A stretch of 64,000 nucleotides of DNA. Source: a virus. Its lineage: Duplodnaviria > Heunggongvirae > Uroviricota > Caudoviricetes. Below, one piece after another: positions 1-7,750 of this stretch. Numbering within the stretch: position 1 is the first letter of the stretch; each line of letters opens with the position of its first letter. The notes below the pieces were generated by a model. That model worked only from the letters and a program-made list of their open reading frames with translations, was not told the DNA's origin and did not search any database. Location of the stretch: positions 1 to 64,000 of IMG/VR virus record IMGVR_UViG_3300029745_000341. One strand, given 5' to 3'. Position numbers and translations under genes: made by a program.

Positions 1-306
1 ATGAATACAAAAGACAACATGATAACAGACATTAGTGCTGAACTCGAAAAAGAATTTGGAGTACCAGGTACTCCCGAACGTGCCAAGTTCGATGAAGAAG
101 CATACGCTTTCTATACAGGGCAAATATTATTAGAGGCAAGACGGGAAGCAAAAGTAACTCAATCGGAACTTGCCAAAAGGATAAACGCTACTAAATCGTA
201 TATTTCTCGTATTGAGAACGGTTCTATCAATCCAAGTGTAGGTACATTCTATCGGATAATGAATGCGCTTGGGTTAAGGGTTGAAATTGTTAAACCTCTT
301 ATGTAA
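1..306 (+). CDS. XRE-family HTH DNA-binding protein (HigA/antitoxin-like)
   Basis: 101-aa ORF from the track. Its C-terminal half (VTQSELAKRINATKSYISRIENG...) is a classic Cro/C1-type helix-turn-helix. Confidence 0.6.
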   Translation: MNTKDNMITDISAELEKEFGVPGTPERAKFDEEAYAFYTGQILLEARREAKVTQSELAKRINATKSYISRIENGSINPSVGTFYRIMNALGLRVEIVKPLM

Positions 307-410
307 TAAAAAAGAAGGTGTGTCGAAACTATCCTGTTCCCGCGCCCCTCGCAGGATCGCATTAAAACCGGCCCTATAAAAATCTGATTGATAAGGTCTG
401 TCCTTTTGCA

Positions 411-429
411 GCCCCGCATCAAGTGCGGG
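411..429 (+). terminator. GC-rich hairpin (CCCCGCA-tcaag-TGCGGGG) after the first gene, possible terminator
   Basis: Perfect 7-bp stem seen directly. No strong U-tract follows, so assignment as a terminator is weak. Confidence 0.25.
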
Positions 430-507
430 GACAAGGAGATTTTGACATACCCTCTTTAAAATATGTCTCAAAAGAGAACTTGCGTAAACAAATGCCTTAT
501 GCAAAGG

Positions 508-612
508 TTACAGACTTGCAAGCCATTTTTTTCCAGACTTAGTATTAAGCCAAATGGCTATACCTGCTGCAATAATCGCTCCTACCAAGAAAAACATAAT
601 TATGAAATCCAT
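508..612 (-). CDS. 34-aa hydrophobic membrane peptide (MDFIIMFFLVGAIIAAGIAIWLNTKSGKKWLASL)
   Basis: Hand-translated small ORF below the 60-aa track cut-off. It is a near-duplicate of the adjacent peptide and lies downstream of higA on the same strand. Confidence 0.35.
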   Translation of the reverse strand: MDFIIMFFLVGAIIAAGIAIWLNTKSGKKWLASL

Positions 613-613
613 A

Positions 614-718
614 TCACAGACTTTCCAGCCACTTTTTACCGAACTTAGTATTTAACCAGATTGCTATGGCAGATCCTACCACTGCCATTATGCAGAATAA
701 TCCTATTAATGCGCCCAT
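614..718 (-). CDS. 34-aa hydrophobic membrane peptide, paralog (MGALIGLFCIMAVVGSAIAIWLNTKFGKKWLESL)
   Basis: Hand-translated. Tandem with 508..612 and shares the ...AIAIWLNTK(S/F)GKKWL(A/E)SL C-terminus. The antisense plus-strand ORFs 463..648 and 666..851 are probably spurious. Confidence 0.35.
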   Translation of the reverse strand: MGALIGLFCIMAVVGSAIAIWLNTKFGKKWLESL

Positions 719-769
719 ATCTTTTTACTTTATTATTTTATGCAAATATGTAAGTCGCATTTGCTCCAG

Positions 770-1108
770 TTACAAAACAGCAACAGCTTTGCGTATGTTA
801 TCCAATATCACGGATAACTTACTATCACGCCGAGCGGTCTGCATATCGTAATTGGATTGCATATTCACCCATATGTAAGCAGGTATTCCGGTTGCCGCCT
901 CAATCTTCAATGCGTATTCGGTGGTTATCGGGCGTTTGCCGTTTATCACCTCGTTAAGCACGGAATAAGAAACACCAATTACAGCCGCAAATTTCCTTTG
1001 CGACATTCCACGTGATTCTAACTCGTCTTTCAGTATTTCTCCCGGATGTATCGGGGTGGACGGTTGTAGCTCGTGCGGTGCGTAAGTTTTTTTTGTTTCC
1101 ATATCCAC
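770..1108 (-). CDS. higA: HigA antitoxin (XRE-family HTH)
   Basis: 112-aa ORF. The IHPGEILKDELESRGMSQRKFAAVIGVSYSVLNEVINGKRPIT segment is the HigA-type HTH signature. It sits immediately downstream of a RelE/HigB-like gene, giving a toxin-first order. Confidence 0.8.
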   Translation of the reverse strand: MDMETKKTYAPHELQPSTPIHPGEILKDELESRGMSQRKFAAVIGVSYSVLNEVINGKRPITTEYALKIEAATGIPAYIWVNMQSNYDMQTARRDSKLSVILDNIRKAVAVL

Positions 1109-1110
1109 AA

Positions 1111-1428
1111 CTATTTGTAATGATTACTAATATCCAGCAAACGGCAGACTGTTACTATTTGCTCATTCATAACATCCCTAACGGTAAATTCAAGTCGGTA
1201 TTGCCGATTTATCCGCACGGATGAAATACCTTTCTTATCCCCTTTCAAAACCTCGTAATTGAGTGCATTGTTTCGGAACAAGTCGGTAATGGTATTTGCG
1301 GAAGAAAGCACAAAAACTGCCTTTTGATAACCTCTTATCACTTCTGGCTGGTAGCGGTGCTTTTTGTCGTTCGTTCTACCTTCTGTATAGAGTTCACGCA
1401 AATAGTCCTTGTCAAATTCAATAATCAT
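1111..1428 (-). CDS. higB: HigB toxin (RelE/ParE superfamily, plasmid-maintenance killer protein)
   Basis: 105-aa ORF with the MIIEFDKDYLRELYTEG... N-terminus typical of HigB. It lies 2 nt upstream of higA on the same strand. Confidence 0.75.
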   Translation of the reverse strand: MIIEFDKDYLRELYTEGRTNDKKHRYQPEVIRGYQKAVFVLSSANTITDLFRNNALNYEVLKGDKKGISSVRINRQYRLEFTVRDVMNEQIVTVCRLLDISNHYK

Positions 1429-1523
1429 ATCTTTCCGTTCCTTTGTGCAAAGTTACCTTTTTTGCAAATATTCGCAAATTATCGAACACTTTATTTACAC
1501 TCAGGGGCTACAATCTGGATTTC

Positions 1524-1558
1524 CCCCATCGCTAAGCATCTAATAAACTTGGTGATGG
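1524..1558 (+). repeat. Hairpin repeat copy 1 (CCCCATCGCTAAGCATCTAATAAACTTGGTGATGG) followed by a T-run
   Basis: Stem CCCATC/GATGG followed by TTTTTTTT. It is roughly 90% identical to a second copy at 2392..2425. Confidence 0.5.
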
Positions 1559-1687
1559 ATTTTTTTTGCTTCTTTTATAATCGGAATGAACTTCTTTCTA
1601 TCAATCCCAGGTAAATTGAATTTTGTATTCAGGGATTTGTTATATTAAAGATTTTAACCATCTTTGCTGCATTAAATAATAATCGTT

Positions 1688-2065
1688 ATGTCCATAACAG
1701 GTATTAGAGAACTTCTTTCACGTTCAGATGCAAGCGGATCAAAATCCACAATATTGAAACCTTTGACATGGTTCTTAGCACTAATAATTGGAGGTATTTT
1801 GACATTACTAAAATTTGGATCGCCTATTTGGTTAACTATAATGCTGGCTGTTATTTTTTGCTTAGGAGTTGCTGTATTCTTTTTTGTTTACATATATTGT
1901 TTGATAAATGATAGAGATTCATTAAGAAGTGAAAAATTTACTATTCAAAAACTGGCTATTGAAAAAGGAATTATGGGTGATGATGTGACTGGAATTGCAC
2001 CATTATCTAATAATCGTCAACCAAACGAATGTAACTCTCGACTATCAAAGGAGGATGGAATATGA
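1688..2065 (+). CDS. Membrane protein (2-3 TM helices) of unknown function
   Basis: 125-aa ORF with hydrophobic stretches LTWFLALIIGGILTLL and IWLTIMLAVIFCLGVAVFFFVYIY. It is coupled by an ATGA stop-start overlap to the next gene. Confidence 0.5.
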   Translation: MSITGIRELLSRSDASGSKSTILKPLTWFLALIIGGILTLLKFGSPIWLTIMLAVIFCLGVAVFFFVYIYCLINDRDSLRSEKFTIQKLAIEKGIMGDDVTGIAPLSNNRQPNECNSRLSKEDGI

Positions 2066-2367
2066 AAAAAAGATTTGTAGTTTGTTATAGCGACAACATC
2101 CCCAAAGAAAAGGAGATGCATTTTATACAATTTATAAAAGATAATAAATTGGGGTGGTGGCATTGGATTAGTAATATGTGGCTGTTGGTAGATAGTTCTG
2201 GTCAAATGACAGCATCAATACTTAGAGACAAAATATGTAAGCTTTATTCTGAAAATCGAGTTATGGTTATTGAATTGGATGGAGATAGAGACACGTGGGC
2301 CGGCTTTGGACCAACTCAACCCAAAAATATGTTTGACTGGATAAAACAAAATTGGGGGAAGGATTGA
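2062..2367 (+). CDS. Hypothetical 101-aa protein, translationally coupled partner of the membrane protein
   Basis: ORF begins at the ATGA overlap. No recognisable domain. Confidence 0.5.
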   Translation: MKKRFVVCYSDNIPKEKEMHFIQFIKDNKLGWWHWISNMWLLVDSSGQMTASILRDKICKLYSENRVMVIELDGDRDTWAGFGPTQPKNMFDWIKQNWGKD

Positions 2368-2391
2368 ATTTAAATTCCATAACCCAGAATT

Positions 2392-2425
2392 CCCCATCGC
2401 TAAGCATCTAAACTTGGTGATGGGG
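2392..2425 (+). repeat. Hairpin repeat copy 2 (CCCCATCGCTAAGCATCTAAACTTGGTGATGGGG) followed by a T-run, terminator-like
   Basis: Stem CCCCATC/GATGGGG followed by attctctctatttttt. It is a direct repeat of 1524..1558 and lies on the far side of the 1688..2367 cassette. Confidence 0.5.
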
Positions 2426-2433
2426 GATTCTCT

Positions 2434-2673
2434 CTATTTTTTATAGCACAGTTTACAAGCTCGTTTACCTTGTTGTTTAGCCGTTTCCAAAGAAACCAAC
2501 TTAACTTCCCCTTTACAATTATCCAGTCCTTTGCAGTTCTTGTTGGAATGGTACACTTTAGCGTATCTACCAGTGCAAATATATACATTTGCCACTTGAG
2601 CGGCTCCAGTCAAGGATACCAATAAAGTTACTACTAAAAGTAACTTTAATGTCTGTTTAATTTTTGTGTTCAT
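2434..2673 (-). CDS. Small secreted Cys-rich protein (signal peptide; CxxxxC...CxxC)
   Basis: 79-aa ORF. The N-terminus MNTKIKQTLKLLLVVTLLVSLTGAAQ looks like a signal peptide. Confidence 0.5.
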   Translation of the reverse strand: MNTKIKQTLKLLLVVTLLVSLTGAAQVANVYICTGRYAKVYHSNKNCKGLDNCKGEVKLVSLETAKQQGKRACKLCYKK

Positions 2674-2681
2674 ATAAATTT

Positions 2682-3161
2682 CTATATATCGTTTGAATTA
2701 CATAAATCATATAATCGCTCATCTTTGTAAGATAGCACATATTTATACCTGTCAATAGAAACAAAACACGAGAATACACTTCTTCCTAAGTCATCACAAG
2801 CAGATGCACTAATGTCTTTTATATTAAAACAATTATATTTATTTACAATTTTCCTGTGAAGTTCCTGTGTGTCACTATTATCATCACTGTAAAATTCTAT
2901 GCAATAAAATACATTCTTCTTGAAACGAAACAATACCTTATCAAAATACACACCTCCAAAAAAGACGCCCTCTACAGCAAGATATGATGCATGTTTTTCA
3001 ACTTCATAATCCTGTAAAACCAATTTTCCCATGATTTCATCATAAGAAGATCCAAAACAACATTCATAAAAACAATCTTGAATTTTATTTGCGTTTGCAG
3101 ATAAACAAGAGAATAAAATAAAAATTAGATATATAATTATTCGTACCATGATATTTATCAT
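2682..3161 (-). CDS. Putative lipoprotein or secreted protein
   Basis: 159-aa ORF with a hydrophobic N-terminus containing the lipobox-like LFSC motif. Confidence 0.55.
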   Translation of the reverse strand: MINIMVRIIIYLIFILFSCLSANANKIQDCFYECCFGSSYDEIMGKLVLQDYEVEKHASYLAVEGVFFGGVYFDKVLFRFKKNVFYCIEFYSDDNSDTQELHRKIVNKYNCFNIKDISASACDDLGRSVFSCFVSIDRYKYVLSYKDERLYDLCNSNDI

Positions 3162-3325
3162 TGCTTAACCATCTCAATTTTACCTGTGGCTTTATCAATA
3201 ATACTGCAACCATCTGTTACATGATATCTTAAATGGCAGCTCAAAAAATAAGATATTATTACAAATGTCAATGTTGCAATCACCAAGCATATCGCTTTTA
3301 TTTTTCTATATTTATCTTCATCCAT
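3158..3325 (-). CDS. Small membrane protein (55 aa)
   Basis: Hand-translated ORF MDEDKYRKIKAICLVIATLTFVIISYFL... Its stop overlaps the start codon of 2682..3161, suggesting translational coupling. Confidence 0.3.
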   Translation of the reverse strand: MDEDKYRKIKAICLVIATLTFVIISYFLSCHLRYHVTDGCSIIDKATGKIEMVKQ

Positions 3326-3335
3326 AATTATATAA

Positions 3336-3779
3336 TCACCTTGATTTACTTAACATATTCAACAACTTATCTATCTGTTCATCCTTCTTTTTGAGCAGTT
3401 CGTGACACTTGTCCAATGCTTCGAGTAGCTTTTCTGTTTCGGACTTATTCACCGTTACCGACTGTCCATGGATATTATCCCCATTCTGATTGGTTTGAAC
3501 AACGGGGCTATTAAACAATTCGCCATCTCCAGATTTGATCCATTCAATTGATACTTCAGGAAACGCCTCCTTTATTTTAGCAAACAAATTGTTTGGTATC
3601 ATGATTTTATTGTTGACAATTTGGGAAATTGTCGTTTTATCAGAACCAATTCTTTCAACAAAATCTTGCTGATTTCTGACTCTCTTGTTTTCCTTAAGAG
3701 AAGTTATCACATTTCTAAATCTCTGATTTTCTTCCATGTAAACATGCTTTAGTATATTTAACCATTTAATTACAAACAA
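3336..3779 (-). CDS. HTH transcriptional regulator (repressor-like)
   Basis: 147-aa ORF with an HTH (QQDFVERIGSDKTTISQIVNNK) and a C-terminal coiled tail. It is transcribed divergently from small plus-strand genes. Confidence 0.65.
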   Translation of the reverse strand: MFVIKWLNILKHVYMEENQRFRNVITSLKENKRVRNQQDFVERIGSDKTTISQIVNNKIMIPNNLFAKIKEAFPEVSIEWIKSGDGELFNSPVVQTNQNGDNIHGQSVTVNKSETEKLLEALDKCHELLKKKDEQIDKLLNMLSKSR

Positions 3780-3884
3780 ATTGTTTGCAAATACAAACGG
3801 TATGTTTATATTTGCACCGTGATACTACTCTAACAAGTATCACAACGCAACAAAAAAGTTTAATATACAAAAATAATATACATT

Positions 3885-4127
3885 ATGTTAGCGACAAAGC
3901 AAAAGCGAAGAAAAAAGACAGTCATTGACGGAATAGTAATGCGCCCTGTCTGGACTGAAACATTTAAGAATTTCAAGGTTGGTGAATCAAAGACATTCTA
4001 CCGACCGGACCTAACCACAACCCAGGCCCGTGTCATAGCTGCAAGACTGAATACTTCCACAAACATGAAATTTTCTGTCTCTACTGGAGAATTGGAAGAA
4101 TACTGTATTGTAAAACGAGAGGTATGA
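3885..4127 (+). CDS. Hypothetical basic protein
   Basis: 80-aa ORF divergent from the repressor-like gene, in a Cro-like position. Confidence 0.4.
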   Translation: MLATKQKRRKKTVIDGIVMRPVWTETFKNFKVGESKTFYRPDLTTTQARVIAARLNTSTNMKFSVSTGELEEYCIVKREV

Positions 4128-4218
4128 GTTATTGTCTCTCAGATGATAACAATCACAAAGTTAAGCAATCCCAGCAGAGGGTAGTGCCTCCGCTGGGAAC
4201 AAAAAAACAAACAACCCT

Positions 4219-4515
4219 ATGAACGCAGAAATAACATTCTTCGAGAAATCGGTCACCTACGACAAGTTTGTGACGGATATAGCCGCCCGTCTCGCTTCAT
4301 TCATGAAAGAGGACAAAGACGATCCGGAATATATCTCACAGCGGAGAGCGGAAAGAATATACGGACAGGCAAACGTACTCCGCTGGAGAAGATCAGGAGC
4401 TATCAAACCAATAATAAGACCGGGTAAGATAGAATATCCAACGGCCCAACTGAAAGAGTTAAGCCGTGTAGACGAGATATTCATCAGATGGCAATTGAGC
4501 AAAAAGAAAAAATAA
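4219..4515 (+). CDS. AlpA/excisionase-like HTH (HTH_17-type) protein
   Basis: The ISQRRAERIYGQANVLRWRRSGAIKPI segment resembles Xis/AlpA-family DNA-binding proteins of Bacteroides mobile elements. Confidence 0.5.
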   Translation: MNAEITFFEKSVTYDKFVTDIAARLASFMKEDKDDPEYISQRRAERIYGQANVLRWRRSGAIKPIIRPGKIEYPTAQLKELSRVDEIFIRWQLSKKKK

Positions 4516-4542
4516 ACCAACCGTCGGAGTTTTCCGATATTC

Positions 4543-4619
4543 GCTCCTTTAGCTCAGACAGGTCAGAGCAGATCACTCATAATGATAAGGTCGCCGGTTC
4601 AAGTCCGGCAGGGAGCACC
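4543..4619 (+). tRNA. tRNA-Met (anticodon CAT; could also be elongator, initiator or Ile2-type)
   Basis: Cloverleaf folded by hand: acceptor stem GCTCCTT/AGGGAGC, D-arm GCTC-AGACAGGTCA-GAGC, anticodon loop CTCATAA, T-arm GCCGG-TTCAAGT-CCGGC. The discriminator A is followed by CC. Confidence 0.85.
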
Positions 4620-4800
4620 GATATAGACGTTCTTTAACATTGTGGATTAAATCCTGCCTTCCAGTAAATAGGCTTTTGCTTGGGCTGGTAGACGGGTCGT
4701 TTCAATCGATCAGCAACAAACTGTATGAGGTTATCGCTTCCGGTGTTGTTTAACCGGTGTTGTCGATGTGAGGTTGTGACGCGTAACGTTCATCTTTCAG

Positions 4801-5088
4801 ATGATCCCTTTCGGTGTTACTCGGTCATGGAGTTGGTCAACCGTCGTTACGAATAAGATATATCTCGGACATGAAGGCGCTACGCTGCTGATTGGATCGG
4901 CCTCCGGGAACGAATTAAAAAACGTGATTATGAAAGTACTTATTCAAAAAGAAGTAAAGACAAAACGCTTACGTGAAGTAAGAATCGGGGAAACCTTTAA
5001 AAAAGAAATGCACATTGCAGAACAGGTAACAACCCTTTATATCATAGGAATCCCCGTTTTCCGGAAGAAAGAATTATTCAGCGATTAA
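4801..5088 (+). CDS. Hypothetical protein
   Basis: 95-aa ORF. A 43-bp stretch of it (4874..4916) is repeated at 5314..5355, where it encodes a similar peptide in an ORF fragment with no start codon. Confidence 0.3.
   Translation: MIPFGVTRSWSWSTVVTNKIYLGHEGATLLIGSASGNELKNVIMKVLIQKEVKTKRLREVRIGETFKKEMHIAEQVTTLYIIGIPVFRKKELFSD
4874..4916 (+). repeat. 43-bp direct repeat copy A (AAGGCGCTACGCTGCTGATTGGATCGGCCTCCGGGAACGAATT)
   Basis: 35 of 43 positions are identical to copy B. Both copies translate to GA(T/K)L(L/S)IGSA(S/A)G(N/D)E(L/F). Confidence 0.55.
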
Positions 5089-5262
5089 TTCCCTGATCTG
5101 ATCAAGACTTTGATCTACATACAAAACAGCAGTAGCATCCGGTCTTGAATAGGCAAAATGCACAACAGAACCAGACAAGTCGCTTCTTTCAACATAAGAA
5201 ATAGAATTAACATTCACGATAAATTTGTCTTTCCCAGAATTTAGTTCAATAAACTTGCTCAT
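5074..5262 (-). CDS. Hypothetical small protein
   Basis: 62-aa ORF lying between the two 43-bp repeat copies. Confidence 0.3.
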   Translation of the reverse strand: MSKFIELNSGKDKFIVNVNSISYVERSDLSGSVVHFAYSRPDATAVLYVDQSLDQIRELIAE

Positions 5263-5313
5263 TTTCTTAATTTTTTTGATTTGACACTACAAAGTTAAGA
5301 AAACCCGGTACAA

Positions 5314-5355
5314 AGGCGCGAAGCTGTCGATCGGATCGGCTGCCGGGGACGAATT
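5314..5355 (+). repeat. 43-bp direct repeat copy B (start-less gene fragment, KGAKLSIGSAAGDEFLLN*)
   Basis: Aligned by eye to copy A. The surrounding open frame has no ATG within 10 codons upstream. Confidence 0.55.
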
Positions 5356-5397
5356 TTTACTCAACTAATTCTTTAATTTTTATTGTTTACAACTTAT

Positions 5398-5436
5398 CCG
5401 TATCCTCTTGCGACAAGCCGATACGGTTTCTTTTTT
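5398..5436 (+). terminator. Rho-independent terminator-like hairpin (CCGTATC...GATACGG followed by TTTCTTTTTT)
   Basis: 7-bp stem, 15-nt loop, then a U-tract. It shares its stem and tail with the hairpin at 5714..5752. Confidence 0.5.
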
Positions 5437-5713
5437 GACTCTTTTTATTTCCATACTATATAACTCGTGGCAATCCCTATCCGGGTATCCTTGCGGTGGT
5501 TGGTTAAGAAGACCGTATTGCCACATAACAAACATTGATATGAAAGAAATATTTATTCCGCCTTAGAGATGGTTGGGCGGCCAAATAAACAAGGTGAAAA
5601 TTTTAATTATATCAACGTGTCTCGCCTAAAAAGCTCACCTGGGTTTACACGCGGATCGAGTCCGCGATTGGCCTCAGTTATTTTTTATTGGTTTAGAATA
5701 AGTAGTAATATCG

Positions 5714-5752
5714 CCGTATCGGCCTGTGACAGGTAGATACGGTTTCCTTTTT
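5714..5752 (+). terminator. Second terminator-like hairpin (CCGTATC...GATACGG followed by TTTCCTTTTT) just upstream of the plus-strand early operon
   Basis: Same stem and U-tail as the hairpin at 5398..5436 with a different loop. It ends about 25 nt before the first early-gene ATG at 5777. Confidence 0.45.
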
Positions 5753-5776
5753 GAAACAAATTTAAAAATCAACGAT

Positions 5777-5926
5777 ATGGAAACAGAAAACAAAATCATC
5801 TTTGTGATGGCCTTGCTTATGGCAATAGGCAGTGGTGTCGGGATGTTCTACAACTATTCCCTTGTTCTCTTCTTTGCATGTGGCCTTTCCTTATTATATG
5901 CAATACATAAGGAGGAACGGAAATGA
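5777..5926 (+). CDS. Small membrane protein (49 aa, METENKIIFVMALLMAIGSGVGMFYNYSLVLFFACGL...)
   Basis: Internal ATG of track ORF 5726..5926. The upstream part of that ORF overlaps the hairpin, so the shorter start was chosen. Confidence 0.35.
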   Translation: METENKIIFVMALLMAIGSGVGMFYNYSLVLFFACGLSLLYAIHKEERK

Positions 5927-6058
5927 AGGAGATCTACATCAAGAACCCGGACGGCGATCTTTGCTACGACGGAGAAGAAACCAATGATCCAGAATTCGAC
6001 GAAATGTTAGAAGATTGGAGGTTTGAAATGAACACGTACAACTATTAAAACATAGCAA

Positions 6059-6235
6059 ATGAAAACAAAAGAAGACTTGCAGGCGATGAGCCACGGAGAG
6101 CTCGTTGAATACGCATTGGAAGCACAGAATAACATAATTATTGCATGTGACTATCAAAGAAAATGCATAAGGCTGGAGGAGATCCTTTCCGCCATCGGCA
6201 TCGTATATGAGGCTTACAAAAACGAACAACATTAA
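6059..6235 (+). CDS. Hypothetical 58-aa protein
   Basis: Hand-translated MKTKEDLQAMSHGELVEYALEAQNNIIIACDYQRKCIRLEEILSAIGIVYEAYKNEQH. Same strand as RecT and fills the gap before it. A 41-aa ORF at 5923..6048 is also open. Confidence 0.3.
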   Translation: MKTKEDLQAMSHGELVEYALEAQNNIIIACDYQRKCIRLEEILSAIGIVYEAYKNEQH

Positions 6236-6247
6236 AACAGTATAATA

Positions 6248-7078
6248 ATGGAACAACAGATTCAAACAACAGAACTGCAGATTACCCAGGCAAAACAAGC
6301 TGCCGAATTTGCACTTACTCCGGTCGGACAGATAGTGAAACAGTTCGAGGTCATGCAACGCATGGCAAAGATGTACACGGAAAGCACAATCGTACCAGAA
6401 GCCTATAAAGGCAATGTTGGCAACTGTGTGATTGCGATTGATATGGCAACACGTATGGGCGTGAATTCGCTGATGGTCATGCAAAACCTTTACATTGTCA
6501 AGGGCAACCCCTCATGGTCGAGCAAATTCCTTATTGCTACCATCAACATGAGTGGTAAATATTCATCCCTACGATACCGAAAACGAAGTCTCGGTAAGGT
6601 CGGAAAGATCAAATATAACGAAACGGTTTGGGATAATGTTGCTAAGCGTAATACCATAGTGGTAAAAGAGTTTGACGGTACAGATGTTGACAACATTGAA
6701 TGTATTGCCTACGCAACTGAACTTTCTACAGGGGAGACACTTGAATCCGATCCTATAACGATTGAAACGGCAATTAAGGAAGGATGGTATACAAAAACCG
6801 GTAGCAAGTGGGTTACAATGCCAAGCCTTATGCTTACTTATCGTGCTGCTGCATTCTGGCAACGTATGTACTGTCCTGAAATCAGCATGGGATTCTTGAC
6901 TAAAGAAGAAGCTGACGACATACAGGATGTCGAATATGAAGAAATCAAGCCAAAAAACAAGCTGGCCGATCTGGCAAGCAAAGCAGCCGTCCAAAAAAAA
7001 ATGGAAGAACAGCAACCATACCCGGCTGAAAAAGCAGAGACGGATAGTAAACAACCTTCACAAAAAACCCTGTTATGA
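6248..7078 (+). CDS. recT: RecT/Red-beta family single-strand annealing recombinase
   Basis: 276-aa ORF. The segment ...WVTMPSLMLTYRAAAFWQRMYCPEISMG matches the conserved RecT core, and the gene pairs with a downstream YqaJ exonuclease. Confidence 0.85.
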   Translation: MEQQIQTTELQITQAKQAAEFALTPVGQIVKQFEVMQRMAKMYTESTIVPEAYKGNVGNCVIAIDMATRMGVNSLMVMQNLYIVKGNPSWSSKFLIATINMSGKYSSLRYRKRSLGKVGKIKYNETVWDNVAKRNTIVVKEFDGTDVDNIECIAYATELSTGETLESDPITIETAIKEGWYTKTGSKWVTMPSLMLTYRAAAFWQRMYCPEISMGFLTKEEADDIQDVEYEEIKPKNKLADLASKAAVQKKMEEQQPYPAEKAETDSKQPSQKTLL

Positions 7079-7749
7079 TTGATAATGCAGCACAGCATAC
7101 GATAGCTTGGTTCCGCGCCCGTCATGGGAATATCACAGGCAGCAATGTCGGCTTACTAATGAAAAGCGGGCGCACGGACATCTTTTCTGAAACAGGGAAA
7201 AGCTACATATATCAAATAGCATCAGAAAGGGCAATGAATCCGGCTATCGTTAATGACGATAGCCAGTTTGCCGAATATCTCAAGCAAACGGAAGTGACCA
7301 GCAAGGCGATACGATGGGGCAACGAACAAGAGGCGGATGCTCGCAACCTGTATGCCGAAATATCCGGTCTGCATATTGTGGAGGTCGGTTCGTGCAAACA
7401 TCCTACCATTCCACATTTTGCCAGCAGTCCAGACGGTTTTTACTACGACGAGAACACCGGCATAAAGTCCTGTCTGGAAATAAAATGTCCCAACCAGGCA
7501 ACATTCATGCGCTACAAGAATGAGATTTATGACAACGCATCCCTATTAAGCGTAAAATATGAATACTTCTACCAGTGCATGGCACACATGATGTGTACAG
7601 GGGCGAAAGAGGTATATTTCATTGCCTATAATCCATACCAATCCGATCCGATACACATCGTCCGTATCCTGCCGGATGAAAAAATATTCGCGGAGATGGA
7701 TAGGCGTATACGCCTTGCTAACGATATGATAGATAAAATAATTAATTGA
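7075..7749 (+). CDS. YqaJ-like viral recombinase exonuclease (lambda Exo-like PD-(D/E)XK)
   Basis: The N-terminus WFRARHGNITGSNVGLLM is the YqaJ signature. Its start overlaps the recT stop (ATGA). Confidence 0.85.
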   Translation: MIDNAAQHTIAWFRARHGNITGSNVGLLMKSGRTDIFSETGKSYIYQIASERAMNPAIVNDDSQFAEYLKQTEVTSKAIRWGNEQEADARNLYAEISGLHIVEVGSCKHPTIPHFASSPDGFYYDENTGIKSCLEIKCPNQATFMRYKNEIYDNASLLSVKYEYFYQCMAHMMCTGAKEVYFIAYNPYQSDPIHIVRILPDEKIFAEMDRRIRLANDMIDKIIN

Positions 7750-7750
7750 A

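Noticed and set aside
1324-1614. 96-aa plus-strand ORF overlapping higB
   Set aside because: It overlaps a motif-supported HigB on the other strand and runs into the hairpin repeat. Spurious.
5579-5676. Possible full tRNA (GGCCAAA ... ATTGGCC pairing with a T-arm-like CGCGG-ATCGAGT-CCGCG)
   Set aside because: At 98 nt it is too long, and no D-arm or anticodon arm could be folded. It is kept only as a tRNA 3'-end-like fragment or terminator hypothesis.
5939-7125. Long minus-strand ORFs (5939..6484, 6569..7054, 6838..7125) opposite recT
   Set aside because: They are antisense to a well-supported RecT gene, have Cys/His/Phe-rich junk-like composition, and do not match neighbouring gene orientation. 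They are chance antisense frames.
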